Below, in pieces: positions 62,599-64,000 of a stretch of 64,000 nucleotides of DNA. The translations under genes and the position numbers were made by a program. Position 1 is the stretch's first letter, and each line of letters opens with the position of its first letter. The stretch is taken from positions 141,635,224 to 141,699,223 of the forward strand of contig NC_068983.1 of the NCBI RefSeq assembly GCF_001194135.2, written 5' to 3'. Source of the stretch: Octopus bimaculoides. Lineage: Eukaryota. The notes beneath the pieces were generated by a model, which saw nothing but the letters and a program-made list of their open reading frames with translations, had not been told where the DNA came from and did not search any database.

Positions 62599-64000
62599 AA
62601 ATGTGCTATAGTAACAATAATTTCCTCATGTGAATCACATCAAACTATTTCTGTTATCCGGAAATTTTTAGATGTGAACGAAAAGCAGTGTAGCAGCGTA
62701 ATAAAAGATAAATGGGACATACTTATGTTTTGTAGTTTGATTTACTCGCAACGAAAATATGAAAAAGATTATTTTTGTTTATTTCATTTAAACTATCTTT
62801 GTCAATTTACAGCAAAGCGGTGAGCTGGCAGAACCGTTAGCACGCTGGTCAACAGGCTTAGCGGTGCCTTCTCCATTTTCCACAATGGGAAACAAAACAA
62901 CAATTAACGAATTAACAACTTTAGCAACAATTCAAATCAATAACAATGGCAACAATTCGATAAACACTTCAACCTAGACTCACGCAATAACTTCACAGAG
63001 ACGGGATCCCGCTAAGCGGTTCGCCAGGCGTGCTAACTGCCTTGTAAAAGCGCAAATATTATCACCTCAGTCTGTGTGTACAGAAATTTATTCACCTAAT
63101 TTTTTTACTTTTTGCTTTATCTTTATCTGTCTGTGTCTGTGCATATATGTGAACTTGTGACCGCTGAGTTATGTAGTAAATGACATCTGACCCCTATAAT
63201 GTAGCAGACAAAAAGGTTTCAATGTGATTACACACGTATGTTTGCGATTCCTTATCTAAATACTTAATACAATAACTATACATCATGAACGTTAAAAAAA
63301 CCTCATGAAGAACATTGCTATCAAATATCTTTTGCGATATAAACTATTAACAAGCTTATAATTTATTATATTGTCTAAAAAAAAAAAAAAAACTAATGTT
63401 TTTTTTTTTCCTGACTTTTTAGTTTTCTGATCTTTTTCGATTTATCATTCTTCTTGACCGGTTTATTCAAACCACCTTTTTTGTTGTTTTAGCTTGTAAT
63501 ATGCAAATGTAAAGCGTAAACACACCCAACTCGATATAGGTATAAATTATTGATAATTCAAATATTTACTGCAAATAACTTTTGCACATAGTTCTAAAGA
63601 GTCGAATTTCAACAAGTGTCAATTGACACCTCATGAATAAGTAGTTGCATACATTATTGCATAATCTCTATATATAAAAATGAGAATATGTGTCTGTCTG
63701 TCTGTCTGTCTGTGTGAATCCCTAAAACTCGAGAACTACGCAACCAATTTCATTCAAATTTTACACATGCCTTACTTAGGGTTCCAGTTGTGTTTTAGTC
63801 AAAAAAATTTTTTAACTTCTTGCAGAGTTCGAGCACACGGCAACATAATATCTCTTCCACTATTTAAGTATTACGTGTCAAAAGTGAAACAAAAACACTC
63901 ATGTCAAATACTTTCACTTTAAAAATGAAACTATTCCACTAACTGAAACAATCACATTTTGATACTGTAATGACAGATACTTTCACAGAGAGAGAAAGAG

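Overview
AT-rich, repeat-dense eukaryotic DNA with seven N gaps. It is most likely an octopus (coleoid cephalopod) short-read assembly, inferred from the tRNA-derived SINE families and the (CAT)n/(AAT)n/(GT)n/(CT)n microsatellite load. The core of the window is one multi-exon + strand galectin gene (about 12.9-47.4 kb) encoding FOUR tandem carbohydrate-recognition domains (CRDs). Each CRD is built from the same three-exon module (intron phases 0/2/0/0; exon sizes 89/199/120, 89/193/120, 86/193/120, 89/193/114 nt). All GT-AG junctions join in frame: 542 aa from the ATG at 13043 to TAA at 47111-47113. The locus also appears to hold extra isoform-generating parts: an in-frame K-rich/(PESK)6 N-terminal extension, an 18-nt symmetric microexon in CRD2, a candidate alternative terminal exon giving a single-CRD protein, and a decayed galectin-like exon about 6 kb upstream. 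The rest is transposon landscape: several SINE families, a head-to-head SINE palindrome whose tails carry minimal hammerhead-ribozyme-like motifs, a hAT MITE and two solo LTRs with target-site duplications (TSDs), a mariner fragment, and Tx1/L1-like LINE remnants. The upstream-most galectin exon(s) could not be identified, and exons could be hidden in the gaps. All calls were made by eye from the sequence; no database searches were run.
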